A DNA stretch of 63,740 nt, counting the filler, from Stramenopiles sp. TOSAG23-6 (lineage: Eukaryota), in assembly GCA_900128565.1 (NCBI GenBank). It is 19 parts of 19 records of this genome, joined end to end, with 100 filler letters (N's around TTAATTAATTAA, not from the genome) between each part and the next. Parts side by side here need not be neighbours in the genome. Positions count along the whole stretch, not along the records: positions 37,023 to 40,282 come from LT637589.1; positions 40,383 to 43,641 come from LT637590.1; positions 43,742 to 47,000 come from LT637591.1; positions 47,101 to 50,355 come from LT637592.1; positions 50,456 to 53,705 come from LT637593.1; 14 more parts are not named here. One strand, 5' to 3'. The notes under the pieces were generated by a model that worked only from the letters and a program-made list of their open reading frames with translations, made no database searches and was not told the origin of the DNA. The position numbers and the translations under genes are program-made. Below, one piece after another: positions 37,023 through 50,507 of this stretch. Numbering within the stretch: position 1 is the stretch's first letter; the number at the start of each line of letters is the position of its first letter.

Positions 37023-38234
37023 AATAAAAGAAAGGGAAATAATGTAAAATTATTGTTGAAAGGAAAAGTTGGCGTAAACATGCCTGGAGATGATGGCGTT
37101 ACTGCACTAATGACGGCTTCTAGAGTAGGAAATATCAGTATTGTAAAATTATTGTTGGACGCGGAAGCAGATGTTAACATCCAACTGAGTAATCAAAAGT
37201 CAGCACTGCATATCGCTGTATTTTTTGGACACCACCATATTGTAAAATTATTGCTAGAAAAAAATGCAGATTTGAACTTGTTAGATGCAGACGACAGAAC
37301 AGTATTGATGGAAGCAGTTCAGAATCTAGACTACAAAATGATTCGATTATTGTTAGCAGAAGCTGAAGCAGATGTTAATTTGCAATGCCGAAGAGGAAAA
37401 ACAGCACTGATGGTCGCAGTTTATGAAGAAAACTACAATAGTGTAAAAATATTGTTACAAGCAAGACCAAATCTGGATTTGCAAGATGTAATTGGCGAAA
37501 CAGCATTGAGCATAGCAGTTTCTAGAGGAAACCACAGTATTGTACAATTATTGTTAGAAGCAAAAGCAGAGGTAAATTTACAAGATGAATTTGGATTAAC
37601 AGCACTGATGACTGCTGCTTATCATGAACCCGACAGTAGTATTGTACAATTATTGTTAGAAGCAAAAGCAGATGTGAACTTGAAATCAAACAATGGGGAT
37701 ACAGCACTAGGACTCGCAGTTAATGAAGGACACAAAGATACTGCACGACTATTGTTGGAAGCAAAAGCATATGTGAATGAAAAAGCGTTAATAAATGCTA
37801 ATTCTTCAATTCTTCAACTTTTACTTGATTTTGAACCAAGCCCTACAACAGTGAGACTTGCTCAAGAAAGCTGCGGAGGAGTGGGTAGTTCAATGTTATT
37901 GCGCTTTCACGATGAACAGAGAAGATTAGAAACTCTTAGAGCTCATCGCCGTCTTGCATTTGCAAAGTTGAGTTCTGAACTTACTGGGCACGATGTTCTT
38001 ATGAGAATATTCAGTTCTGATTTGTTACATAAACGATTCACTTACAGAGATGGACGATTTTGGAGTTTTATTTGCAATGGTAGCAATAGTAGTGCTGATG
38101 GTACTGATGATGAAGTAGAAATCATACCTTTAAATATGAATATTCAAAGTCGCGGAATCAAACGTGAAAGATTAGAGGAACATCCAATGACACGATATAG
38201 AAACACACAAAGGAAACTAAATCACAATGTTTAG
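37023..38234 (+). CDS. Ankyrin-repeat protein (5' partial)
   Basis: Multiple G.TAL..A...IV.LLL.A.ADVN repeats. Confidence 0.9.
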   Translation, partial: NKRKGNNVKLLLKGKVGVNMPGDDGVTALMTASRVGNISIVKLLLDAEADVNIQLSNQKSALHIAVFFGHHHIVKLLLEKNADLNLLDADDRTVLMEAVQNLDYKMIRLLLAEAEADVNLQCRRGKTALMVAVYEENYNSVKILLQARPNLDLQDVIGETALSIAVSRGNHSIVQLLLEAKAEVNLQDEFGLTALMTAAYHEPDSSIVQLLLEAKADVNLKSNNGDTALGLAVNEGHKDTARLLLEAKAYVNEKALINANSSILQLLLDFEPSPTTVRLAQESCGGVGSSMLLRFHDEQRRLETLRAHRRLAFAKLSSELTGHDVLMRIFSSDLLHKRFTYRDGRFWSFICNGSNSSADGTDDEVEIIPLNMNIQSRGIKRERLEEHPMTRYRNTQRKLNHNV

Positions 38235-38576
38235 AATAATGTAATACAATCTCAATTTTTTTTTTATAACTGTTTAACGAGTAAAATAAAATAACATTTT
38301 TTATGGCTACAATTATAAATGTTTTTTCTTGTATATTTGTATACTGTTTCAAATATCCATGCAAATTTTCAAAATAATATATTCAACATTAATTTCGAAT
38401 TTGTTGTGTATCGATTATAATATCTCTGATTATTATTAATTAACCCTAACACTAAAGCCTTTTACGTAGTACTATATAAAAATGTTTTTTTTTTCTCACT
38501 AACCCTAAGTAAAATGGAAACGAATGGATTTTCTAATATATCAAAATGTTTTTTTTTTTTTTACATAACCCTAACC

Positions 38577-39577
38577 CTAAGTAAAATGGAAACGAATGGA
38601 TTTTCTAATATCACTCGCAAGTGAAGAAGAAACTTTATTACGAAGAACTTTTGCTAAATCTTCCGCTACACAATCACAATCAGTTTCGTTCTCTTCTTTC
38701 TGAACTAATTTCGTGTGATCTTTGATTATACAACAGATGCAAACCATCGGCCCTTTTTTATATGTATTGTGAAAAAAAAATTACAAAAAAAATGTAAAAA
38801 AATTTGTTAGGTACGGAATTTTTTTTTTCCGTAAAAAAAAAAAACCAAAAAAAAAAATTAAATTAGAAATTCATATAAAACGTACATTGTTGTTTTAAGC
38901 CAATACTCATAATTCGTTTATCGGCCCACGTCCAATTATCCTCATTCTTAAAAAATAAACTTAACCCACCAGTGAAGCTAATATCAGGTGAGTAATCGGT
39001 AGATACAGTGTAATCTACAGGAGCAGCATGTCTAAAGGCACTCAATAATGTCTGACCAGCATTTTCCATCTCGTTTGTAGCATCCATTACTTTTTTTTTC
39101 TGCAAGTTTTTCTTTTGTTTTTGAACACTCTCATTTTGTTGTGATGGTCCTGAATATTTTGGANNNNNNNNNNNNNCCAAAAAGTTTTTTATCCTCTTTT
39201 TCATCGTCTAGGTTTGTATATCGAAGTAATGACTGATTTTTTAACCCAGGAATTTGGATTTTTGATGCTATATTACTAGCTAACATGGCAATGTCTTCGG
39301 TGTTTGAGATAGACGTGGAAATGTTACTACTTTTATCGGTTCGAATACTGTTACCTCCACTATAACTAGAAGTGATACCTTTACTACTTTTCCCGATACT
39401 ACCAGGAATAAGACGAGAACTGCCGTTCAATTTGTTCGTTTTATTTGTTTTGTTCATTTCAGTTGGTGAAAAGTCACTAGGCATAAAAAACGGTGAAATG
39501 ACAGGACAACTTTGATGATACAATAGAGTTATGTACATAATTGTAAACGAAATCCATACTCTTTGAGATAAATACAT
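38577..39577 (-). CDS. Uncharacterised protein; intron 38762-38885
   Basis: ORFs joined across an N gap; element removal opens a 61-codon last exon. Confidence 0.5.
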
Positions 39578-40000
39578 TGTATATTCTGCTTACTCTACAT
39601 TAAGTAGTACTTTTTAATTTATAGACGACTCTCCAAATTTAAATTTAAAGAATCAACAGGAGAGAAAAAAAGAAAAAATCGAAAAAAATTCAAAAAAAAA
39701 ATTCAATCTAGTTTTAGTTACCCGGTTCCTCTTACTGATGTCTTTTTNNNNNNNNNNNNNNNNNNNNNNNNNNNNNNNTGTCTTTTTTTTTGCGGGTAAA
39801 TTTGCGGTAAATTTTGAATGTCGTTTGTTCCCGCAAAAAATGTCGCTCATTTTATTGTGTGCTTCTCTCGAAATCTCTCACCGAGAGTAAAAACAATTGG
39901 GGAAACGAACAGAGTTTCTTGGTAAAAAACGTAATTTGATTACTTTTCTACAAAACAACAGCACTTATCACTGCAAGGAGTATACATAGAGTAAACAAAA

Positions 40001-40240
40001 ATGTTCTATTCGCATATTATATTAGCAAAGAAAGGACCTCTCGGTAAAATTTGGCTTGCGGCGCATTGGAATGAAAAGCTAAACAAAAACCACATCTTTT
40101 TGACTGATATTAAGCAGTCTGTTGACTCAATTGTGAGTCCTGTTGTACCGCTAGCTCTTCGTGTATCTGGACATTTATTACTTGGTGTCGTTCGCATTTA
40201 CATGCGTAAAGTTCAGTACCTTGCTAGTGATTGTAACGAA
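40001..40240 (+). CDS. RAD21: Cohesin RAD21/REC8 N-terminal domain (truncated by chimera)
   Basis: [40 protein letters not shown]. Confidence 0.93.
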
Positions 40241-40434
40241 TTATGAGTATTGGCTTAAAACAACAATGTACGTTTTATATGANNNNNNNNNNNNNNNNNN
40301 NNNNNNNNNNNNNNNNNNNNNNNNNNTTAATTAATTAANNNNNNNNNNNNNNNNNNNNNNNNNNNNNNNNNNNNNNNNNNNNTACAAAATTTCGTATGAA
40401 AAAAAACTCGAATTTGAAAAAAAATAAAACATAC

Positions 40435-43420
40435 ATTGTGCCCATTTGGAAGTACTAGCACCTTCAACTTTTCTAATTACTGTATTGTTTTTAAATTCTA
40501 CCATACTAGGAACGGCTCGAATATCACAAAGAACTGCAATATATCTACATTTATCAACATTACTCACAATATATTTTGGAAAAATATTTCAAAAAAAAAC
40601 CTTAAATTTGTTAGGTACAAAATTTACTATAAAAAAAAAATTCGATTTTTTTTTTACCGGAAAAAAAAAAATAAAACATACATATACGTTGCCTTTGGGA
40701 AAAGGACAGATTGTTCAACAAATATAGGAAGCATTTTCATGGATGCAACGTCATGAACATTCTCAGGACGAAGAAAAGCGACAACTATTGGTTCGTCTTT
40801 AGGTGCATCTTTTAATGTACGCTGAAGAATAGATGCATCGTCGATAATTTTCACTGATTCCCAACGAATTTTGTTGGTCATTTTTTCAAGCTCATTACAC
40901 ATACGTTTCAATGTATTTGTCATTTTAATGAGAGATTCTGGAATGATATCATCAAGAGCAATCACCTGTTTTTTATTTACCTGCGATTCCACATCTTTTA
41001 TGCACTCAATCAATGAATTATGTGCTGGTAAACTAAGTTCTTCTAATTGATTTACTTTGCGCGTATAAGCTGTTCTAGCATTTTCAGCTTCCAAACCTTT
41101 TAGATTATAGTCTGGGGCGTTGATCGAACTTGGGTTTCTTAGAAGTTCCAAGCTCTCATCTCGAAACTTAACCATTGCCTTTGCTCGTTGAAGTACGTTT
41201 TCACGTTCTCGCAATGATTCCGTCTGTTTGATCAAAGCAGATGGATTAAATTTCGAAGATGATTTTTGTGATAGAAATAGTAATAAGTTACTAAATGACA
41301 TAACTCCACGGCGAAATGTCACTGGCTTGTCTTTCATTCCAGGTGAAAATATCAATGCAGAAGGTACGACTCTATTTTTGAAATATCGAAATATGTTTCC
41401 ATGCGATGTACTCCTCTGATGATTCATGTTTGACTTTACTTCTTGTATCTTTTCCTCGTCATTATCTTTGAGAAGTTTAACATTATCTTTTTCGTCATTA
41501 CTTTTGTTTTTATTTGGATTTGAGTTAGAATATTCTAATGGCAGGTCATTATCTTCAATATCAAAGCAGCCAAATGCAAATGATGAAGCATTGCGCATCA
41601 GCCATGCTAAAAGACGAACTGTTCTTCGAGCTTCCATTGAACGCGGACAACTTGAAGACACAAATAATACAAAAACGTCTTTAGTTTTTTTCATGATGAA
41701 ATCCTTAAACACTTTGATGTTTAATTTTACCATATTTCCAGTATCATCAGTGAGATAACCGCCACCAGATAATTGTCTTGGAGGATTTTCTTTGTACACG
41801 AATCCCCGAACAAATTCAAAGATATTTTGCTCGCTTAGCTCAACATCCTCTGGAAGAATAAATTTATCATCATTTGGGTTAATTGCAAGTAAACGCGGAG
41901 TAACTTGTACTCCAAATTTTGCAGCAATAGCAGGTGAAATGCCATCTCGATCATCGCATACGAAAAAGAATACAGTAGGCAAACCTTCTGCATCTTTCTT
42001 TGCCTTTTCCATTGAATTTGCTCTTTTACTTTCAAGTATCGCTTGCTTTTCAGGGCTCAATAAAGGTGTTGTGCGCCCAGCTACATTCGTTGGGCTTCTC
42101 TTTTCACTGTTCCTTGGGCTGTTCCTTGGGCTGCTTCTTGGACTACTTCTTGGACTTTTGCTAAAAAAACTTCTACGCCTCTTAGCAGTAGGTGATGTAA
42201 CACAAAATGATGCCCTTCGAGACATGATAGGAGACACATCTTTGCTGCTATCAACATCAGGACCTGGAGTGATACCTCCCCAATCATTAATTAATTCAAC
42301 TGAAGCAAGTTTGTAGTAATTTGTACCGTCATAATAACGCTTCGTGAATTTCGAAAATTCTTTCAATGCTTTTCTTTTTTTTTCTACATCGGCATTGGAC
42401 AATAATAAAATAACACAATGTGACATACTGAGGTGATATCCCAAGGACGAATCAAATTGGTTCACATCTCTCTCCAATGGTGCTTCAGTAATGCACAGAC
42501 AGCGAGGAACCATATCTGCATCTTTTTTCCTCATTGCAATTGCTGGTAATTCTTTTGTTTTGGACAATAAACTAATTGCTCGCATCCAGCGAATTTTATT
42601 CGCAAGCATATTCCACCATCTTTGTAACCTCAACGTTGCCATTTCCATTTTTTCAAAGAGAGCATGCGGAAACCCGACAAAAGCAATTTTACCAATTTGT
42701 AACTGGTTTTGATCACCATGGGTTTCTATAAATTTAATGTGTATATACTTTGCAGACAGAAAATTAATCGGGACTTCGGCTTGCTTTGATCGAACAGCTG
42801 TTCTGAAATATGCAACAGGTTGAGTTTGGTCTCGTTCCTCCTCTAATTCTTCGGATTCATTGGATGAAATTAATTCTTCAATGTCGCCGTTTTCTTCAGC
42901 CAAGCGCCGCCGTTCTTCTTTTACTTCTGCTAGATTGCACATGCAACACATCATATTTTCTTGTACAAAACAAGCTTGAGCACCACAGCGAGAACATGGA
43001 TCATCAGAAGGTTGATATATTTTTTGCAACCGAATTTTTTCCTTTTCGATTTTATCAAATTCTTCTTCGTCTTTGGATTTTTTTTCAGCCTCTATTTCAA
43101 GATCAGAACCAGAGTCATCAAGAAGGTCACTTTCATCAATCAATTTCATCTTCCGTTGACTTTGCCATAAGCAAAAATCATCGAATGTAATTTGCTTATA
43201 CCTTGAAATAACAAGTTCTCTTCTTTCATTTTCTTGAAGACGACGCATACGCATTAGTTCAGCTTCATTTGGATCAATATCTTCATCATCTGAACTTTCA
43301 CCCATCGCGAGTCTCTTTGCAGCTCGTTTTGCCCGTAATTTCGATTCCTCTTTTTCTTTTGCTTCTAGTTCTTCTACTGAAGGGGGCTTTAGTTCATTAG
43401 GAGGAACATAATCTTCAACC
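40435..43420 (-). CDS. Large protein with IQ motif and thioredoxin/PDI-like folds; intron 40569-40681
   Basis: RLQRWW; KDVFVLFVSSSCPRS; ATY|IVSNVDKC..IRAVPSMVEFKN..KVEGA. Confidence 0.7.
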
Positions 43421-43741
43421 ATGTATTTTGGAAAAATATTTGAAAAAAAAACGTTAGGTACAAAATTTCGTACGAAAAAAAATTCGATTTTTTTGTTAAA
43501 AAAAAAATAAAACATACATGCTGACGATTAGAGTATGTATTCTGGTGAAATACAGTCAATGATGATGACCTACAACGACATGTACAATGTATTTTGGAAA
43601 AATATTTGAAAAAAAATCTAAAAAAATTTGTTAGGTACAAANNNNNNNNNNNNNNNNNNNNNNNNNNNNNNNNNNNNNNNNNNNNTTAATTAATTAANNN
43701 NNNNNNNNNNNNNNNNNNNNNNNNNNNNNNNNNNNNNNNNN

Positions 43742-46700
43742 AGGCCGTACTGGAAGTGGTACTGGACTTCTGAATCTAAAGCTATAAGGTGGAAATCTGT
43801 GTATCAGCTTTGAGATGACTAAGTTTAATGTAATTCTTGTTAGACCAGTCTTGTCGAGAAGTTCAGCCCATCGTGTTTGCTCTTGTGTACTCTGGCAGCT
43901 ATTCGCCATATAATCATGAAATGTCTTACTCAATTCTAACCACAAGGTATCAACATCGTTTTCTTTAAAATAAGCTTCCATTGTACCAGATACACCCATA
44001 GCTAGTGGTTCTGCGTCAGACATGCGCAAATTGGTATGTTTTATCTTCATAAGCTTGTTTAAACCAACTCTCTCGTCAAGCTCAATTACATAGCGTTCAC
44101 TTGACTTGTCAAAACTTTGCACTGTGCCGATTTTACCATTGTGCTGTTTCTGCGACTTTAAACCAACAAACTCAATACGAGAGCCTATTGTATAGCTATC
44201 AGCATTGCTTTCATCGTCACTCTTTGATTCACTCATTGAGCATTAGATTCGATTGTTTCTGTCAGGATTGAAAAGACGAATAAGAGAAACAATATTACAA
44301 CCCAATTCCCACTTTTTAGTAGAGAAAANTTATGTGTAGAATCATAACCATTACCTTGTATACTGTCCTTATACACCAGCAATGCAATTGTCTTACAACT
44401 GAAATTATTNGCAATGTATTCTCTTACTAAGATATACTAGCGCGGCAAGCTGACGAAAAAACGATTTTTTTCGTACGAAAATTTGTACTTAACAAATAAA
44501 TTAAACACGCATATATGCGTGTTTAATCGGTTATTCGTGATAGGTCCTATCGGGTATCTAAATCTCTCAATAATCTGAAATTTTTCTTCGAATCTTTCGA
44601 CAAAATTCGTATCTATTTATTAGCAACATCTCTTACTATTCTTCTCCAGTATGACTATGACATCTAGATCATCAAAAATAGAAAATAAATATGTTTCTAG
44701 AAAGCAGGTAATAAAAGATAGTGAGTATTTGAAATTCTTGCGTAAAGATTCTCATAGTAAGTTATACCAAAAAGACTTTACAGTAGACTTCCATTGGCGA
44801 CTCAGAGACAGTCAAGATTTGAAGAGTATTCAAGACAGAAATATGGCACTTGATGCCATAGAAATTGGNGAGATGTTAAGTGCAAGTGGTAAATATGAAG
44901 AAGCATTACGTGTATTTCGTCATGTAAGAAAAGAAACAGAAAGAATAAATGATAAAGAAGTCGAGGCNCTGAGCTTGGCAAGTATTTGTAGCACTGGCTT
45001 AGCACAGTCTTTGCATCTTATTTCATCTAGACATTCTAGGTTTGGACAAAGATCTTTCAGAATTGTTGCTAATTCTATTAGTGTATTAAATGAAGCAAAT
45101 AATATATTTTGTTTGAGTTCAGAAAATATCAAAAATGTACCAAGATTCCAGCTTTGTGTTGAAGAGTGTAAAAAAATTCAACAACAAATTCGACTGTTCA
45201 ATGAAGCTAATGACNTATCCAAAGCTGAAAGAAGTGTCAATGATATTCCAGAAGGACCATCAATTATGAAAGTGTCAAAATATCCTGATATGTATTCAGG
45301 ATATATTTATATCCGGCCTGGATTTGGAAATTGTCTNATNAAAAGTATACAAACAAAATGGTCTAAATTTTGGTGTGAAAAATGTGACAAAGATTCTTCT
45401 CTATCTTTATATCAAAATCCAGAAGACTCTATACCAACATTAGTTATTGCTACAAGAGGCCTNATTGTATCTGGGAANCCAATAATAAATAGAATCGGAA
45501 ANTCACCAGCTCTAAAAAATAACGATCCAAGGATTTTTAGATTGTATGAAAAACGTGTAGGTATGGACTTTGGTACNAANGAATCCGNGAAAAACAGTAA
45601 AAAAAATGTAAAAATACAAAGGAATCGAAANAATCAAAGAAATCAATTTTCAGCTCTATGTGATACGTACCATGGTGAAGANTTAAAATATTGGCATCTT
45701 CGTTGGGTTTTTCGAGCTCCAAATCCTTCNCTTCAAAAACAATGGTGTGCAGCGTTATCTTCTTCTAATCAGACTTCATCATCAACATCTATTCAAACTC
45801 TACCTCAAGCACCACAAGCACCACAAGGATCAGAAACACAAAATACCATCAACGATATAAAACATCTAAAACATCTACAAATGCAACAAAATAATGTATG
45901 GAAATTATGTACGTTTTCCTTATTGATTTTGTACCTAAACAAAAAAATTACCTTGAACATTTTGTACCTAATGATTTCTTGTACACCAAAAAAAAATATT
46001 TTTTCACAATACATTCTGTCTCTGGAATATTAATGGAGATGAACTTATTAAACGAGATAATTTTGTTGCATGTTTGTTAGTTAATACTTCAAGATTAGCT
46101 CTATCTAGAGCTAAAATCAAAGATTTGCTCAAAGTATCTAATACTTATATTACATGGAATGAAGTTTTGACGATTTTTCGGTAATATCTTTAGGGTAATA
46201 GATTAGGGTTAGGGCTTTGATAATATTTTCTATTTCTACACAAAAAAAATAAATAGATGTAAAAATGAACTCAGGTCAATAAATATTTTAAAAATGAAAA
46301 ATCTTAAAACAAATCAATTTATAACGATAACTATTGATTTTGAGATCTTACTTTTCATTGAAAACACGAAATACTTTTGTTTGTCGTAAAAAGACGAACA
46401 TCGGAAAAAAAGTAACGGCAGCGGTCAAAAATCTTATATTTCGTACTCGTCAAAAACTCACATAGAGTAGAAAGAAACTATTTCTTCTTCAAGGTATTTG
46501 CCTGCTTGCGTAGTGTATGCTCACTTTTTAAAATGGGGAAAGATGGGAAACCTCAAGTCAAAAGCCCCAAGAACAACTTTGGTGGATATAAAACCTTTGC
46601 TCTTAATGAAGAAGTATCAGAAGACTATAAAAAAAGAGCAAATGAACTTGCAGAAAATGTTAGATTGATAAAGGCAAGACTAAAGTTTAAAGCTTTCCGC

Positions 46701-47000
46701 TCCGCGTGTTTACGTAAAGGTATAGAACCAGAAGAACTTTTACCCAAAATTGTGTCTGACTTTCGGACAGATGTCACTATAACTGTACAAGAAGCAAAAA
46801 TGAGGTACGATATGTTTGAAACTAGACGCCGACGTCTCATTGGTATTGCATTGAGGGAGACAGATAATAATGATGAAGTAGTAAAGTTAGCTCAAAAGAA
46901 ACTTGAAGAGAGAGAAAAAATATTACAGCAACTATTGGGCTCCAAATTAAAAAAAGAGAGATTACAATTGAAAAAAATGAATAAATCACGTCAAAAATAT
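43742..47000 (+). repeat. Near-identical duplicate of 1-3272
   Basis: Same sequence and same N positions; differs near 2645-2700 vs 46385-46425. Confidence 0.95.
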
Positions 47001-47231
47001 NNNNNNNNNNNNNNNNNNNNNNNNNNNNNNNNNNNNNNNNNNNNTTAATTAATTAANNNNNNNNNNNNNNNNNNNNNNNNNNNNNNNNNNNNNNNNNNNN
47101 ATTGTGATATTGTTGATGTTGTTTTGAGTGTTTAATATATATTACAAATTAATCCTGGTTCTCTACCACGATCTACACCTGGGATAATAAAAATCCATTT
47201 CAATGATCCTATTGAAAAATCAAAACAAAAA

Positions 47232-47978
47232 ATGTCTAAAATTCGCAAAAGTAAAACAAAACGTTTGAAATTGTCCGCTGCTGCTGTTGCCAATGAAGCG
47301 GCCACAGTAGCGATAACATGTATGCGCTTAACTCAACACGCAGTAGAAATGGCTAAAATGGAACAAAAGAGCATTGATTTAAAAGTTTTAAAGTTGTTGG
47401 CGGAAGCGGACAAAATGGCTAATGATCAACGTAGTGAAGCTGAAAAAAGAGCTGAAGAAAAGAGAGCTGCGGATGTCCTAGCTAAAAAAAAAGGGATTAT
47501 TACAACTAAAGAAAATCTTAAAAAAAGATTACAAATAATTTTGGGGGAAACTCAAGCTAAGTACGATGAACTTTTTATTGCCCGCCAGCAAAGATTAAAC
47601 CGCACGAAGTCTCTCAAAAGATCTACTAAGTTGATGAATCAACTATCAAATGATTTTTTGTGTTTTGTTGTCAAAACTCCAACGGTAAAAGATGGCATGC
47701 TTAAGCATCCATCAAATGATATTACAAATTGTCATAATAATTGTACAAAAATAGCTCATACGAATCAAGAGATATTTCAGAGGCATACAAACAAGTCTCA
47801 GGAAACAGAAACCCTAACCCTAAACAAGTCTCAGGAGACAGAAACGGTAAATAATAGATCGAAACAAATAATAAAAGCAGCTGATAGAAATATGTTGATT
47901 AAGCGTATCCAACAGGAAGTAATCCGTGCTTCTCTTATTTGCAAAACATTTGACGAAACTTCTAGAAAACAAAATTGA
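47232..47978 (+). CDS. Coiled-coil protein
   Basis: 248-aa ORF. Confidence 0.6.
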   Translation: MSKIRKSKTKRLKLSAAAVANEAATVAITCMRLTQHAVEMAKMEQKSIDLKVLKLLAEADKMANDQRSEAEKRAEEKRAADVLAKKKGIITTKENLKKRLQIILGETQAKYDELFIARQQRLNRTKSLKRSTKLMNQLSNDFLCFVVKTPTVKDGMLKHPSNDITNCHNNCTKIAHTNQEIFQRHTNKSQETETLTLNKSQETETVNNRSKQIIKAADRNMLIKRIQQEVIRASLICKTFDETSRKQN

Positions 47979-48193
47979 TTATTTAAATTAAAAATGACAA
48001 AAATGACAAAAAACAAATTGATTATTTAAATTAAAAATGACAAAAATGACAAAAATCAAATTGATTATTTAAATTAACATAAAGTTTATTTCGCCACTCT
48101 TTTAACTATTACTGAAAATGATGTTATTTTTTTGCTACCAAATTCCGTACAAGTAATGAATTTCGAATATATATTACATGCATAAACCATATA

Positions 48194-49270
48194 TTAATTC
48201 GTATATTTCTTATCCTTGGAGAATTTAACTTTCTCTGGCAAATTCACAGTTTTAAGAAATTCGTCCAGTTTTTTGTTATATAAATCTGGATCCGTACGTA
48301 AATGTTGAATATGTGGAGAATCTTCAAGAACTACCTCAGTTACGTTTACGCCTGTTTTTTGGGAAAATATTTTTATACGTTTGAAATTTGTTAGTTTTTT
48401 TTTGGGAAATATTTTTTTTTTTTAAATTTAGGGTTAGGGTAAATGTACCCAAATTTTTCCATGACGAACAAACCGACCGGCAATCCTCAATACGAGATAC
48501 AGCATCTGCAGAGCTAAAGTACCATAGTGCTGGTACAGATAAGGGATTATCGTAAAAGATTTTACTTGCTTTTGTGTAGTGCACCCCTGCTGTAGACTTG
48601 GTCAAATGGAGATAAGAATTAATGAAATTATTTATCAGTTTTTCACGAAATCCACCAATACCCATAGACTCTGTAATTCCTGCGGCAATACCATTAATAT
48701 CTGGTGGACTATCAAATACTTGTCCAACGACATTTTTCAATAAAACATCCTTTTTACGTGAAGTCCCGTCTCGTTTTAGAGATCTTAAATATTGCCCAAA
48801 TAAGAATCCCCCAACGGACATGGACACTATAATAGATGATATGTGCAATAGGATAAATGTAATACAAATAAATAAACAATGATCAAATGAAATTATGGAG
48901 AATTATGGTCTTATCTTCACTATATATAGAAAATTACGACTGGCCTTTCACCTTCACCGCTTAACTCTCTGCGAACAGAATTCATGACGCTCTCTATTTT
49001 TCTCTGACCAAGTGAAGGAAATAGCACGTGTAGAGGATTTACCGAATAGCTATACGTATCCACTCCTCGCTCATGCCAAAGACTCAAATACTTCGCCATA
49101 GCCCTGTCTGAAGCACCCATCCAGCCACAAAAGATACAAAGAGGTGGAGGGATATGCTGAACACGAGTACCACCATGCTCAATAAACGTGGCTGCTGCAG
49201 AACGAAGTCCAAGTCTATCAGGATTCGACAACCTCAAAGTTCGTGCAAAACGCATGACACTCTGCATCAT
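48194..49270 (-). CDS. TMEM53/DUF829 alpha-beta hydrolase-like protein; intron 48352-48448 plus an unresolved intron at ~48840-48935
   Basis: IFCGWMGA..KYLSLW, SMSVGG, VFDSPP, YFSSADAV, DSPHIQHLRTDPDLY. Confidence 0.8.
48352..48448 (-). mobile_element. Family intron with canonical ends (G|GTACAT...AACAG)
   Basis: Family-type 3' tail AATATTTTCCCAAAAAACAG; restores LG|VNVTEV. Confidence 0.7.
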
Positions 49271-49880
49271 TTCGGGAAATTATGCGCGTCAATACTGTCT
49301 GCAAACTAAACTTTAAAGGTTTTGGCTACTTGTCACAATGTAAAGTGGTAATTGGTGAAAGAACGGATGACGACGAATACGAATACGGAATACCTCAATT
49401 GATGTCCTCTCTCTATGCTATCGGCCAGAATTTCTGACTGACTTTTTCGAGATTTAGAATTTTGGATTTGTTCAATTTTACCCTAACCCTAATTCTTAAA
49501 AAAAAAATGTAAAATGTTTTGGTAGTTCACTATATTCCTTTAATGGCAGGTTGGGGGTAACAATTGTAGTTCACGACTTGAAACACTACTTTGAACTAAC
49601 AAAACTTTAAAAATTACAGCTCAGTCGTTTGGCCAAAATTTACCCGCTGTGTTTATGTTATGGTATAAACACGAGAATTCCACGAGAATGATCTCAAGAG
49701 ATAGATATTTTATTTCTACAAGAAGTTCAAGAACACTGTTTTCGTGGTCAAATTTGAATTCGAATTCGATTTTTTTTGATGTCCGATGTATTTTTTTTTT
49801 TGCTATTTTTTTGATTTTTTTTTGACCCGAAAGGAAAACAACAACAAAACATTTTGTTGAAGAGTGTCTCTATTTACAAA

Positions 49881-50355
49881 ATGGCTACACGCAAACGAAC
49901 AAAACATGAAGAGGAAGAGTACCAAAAACTGCGTGAAAAAGTACTTAGTGGCATAGGTCCTGCCATTGAAGTCATGAGCTATTTATGTCTCAAAGATAGA
50001 CTCTCAGGGAGAGTTGTTTCAAATGATGAGCAAAGACCTTGGATGGTTGGTGTTGATTGGGATGAGGTGACTTGTACTGAAACAGTGAAGCACAATGGCT
50101 TTAAATTTTTACAGTGGTTAAGAAGTCATAATCCACCTTGTCCATGGGATGTAAAAACATGTTATTTTGCAGCTCGAAATGGTAGTTTAGAAGTATTGAA
50201 ATGGGTAAGAAGTCAAAATCCACCTTGTCCGTGGGATGAAGAAACGTGTCGTTTAGCAGCTCGAAATGGTCACTTTGAAGTATTGAAATGGGTTAGAAGT
50301 CAAGATCCACCTTGTCCATGGAATAAAGAAACGTGTAAGGATGCAGCTTGGAAAG
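49881..50355 (+). CDS. F-box-like plus ankyrin-type (CPWD..TC..AA.NGH.EVLKW) repeat protein, partial
   Basis: 27-aa tandem repeats. Confidence 0.75.
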
Positions 50356-50507
50356 NNNNNNNNNNNNNNNNNNNNNNNNNNNNNNNNNNNNNNNNNNNNT
50401 TAATTAATTAANNNNNNNNNNNNNNNNNNNNNNNNNNNNNNNNNNNNNNNNNNNNGGTACAAAATTTCGTACGAAAAAAATCGAATTTGAAAAAAAATAA
50501 AACATAC

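Noticed and set aside
43742-47000. Segmental duplication of 1-3272
   Set aside because: Identical N positions and contig limits indicate redundant assembly
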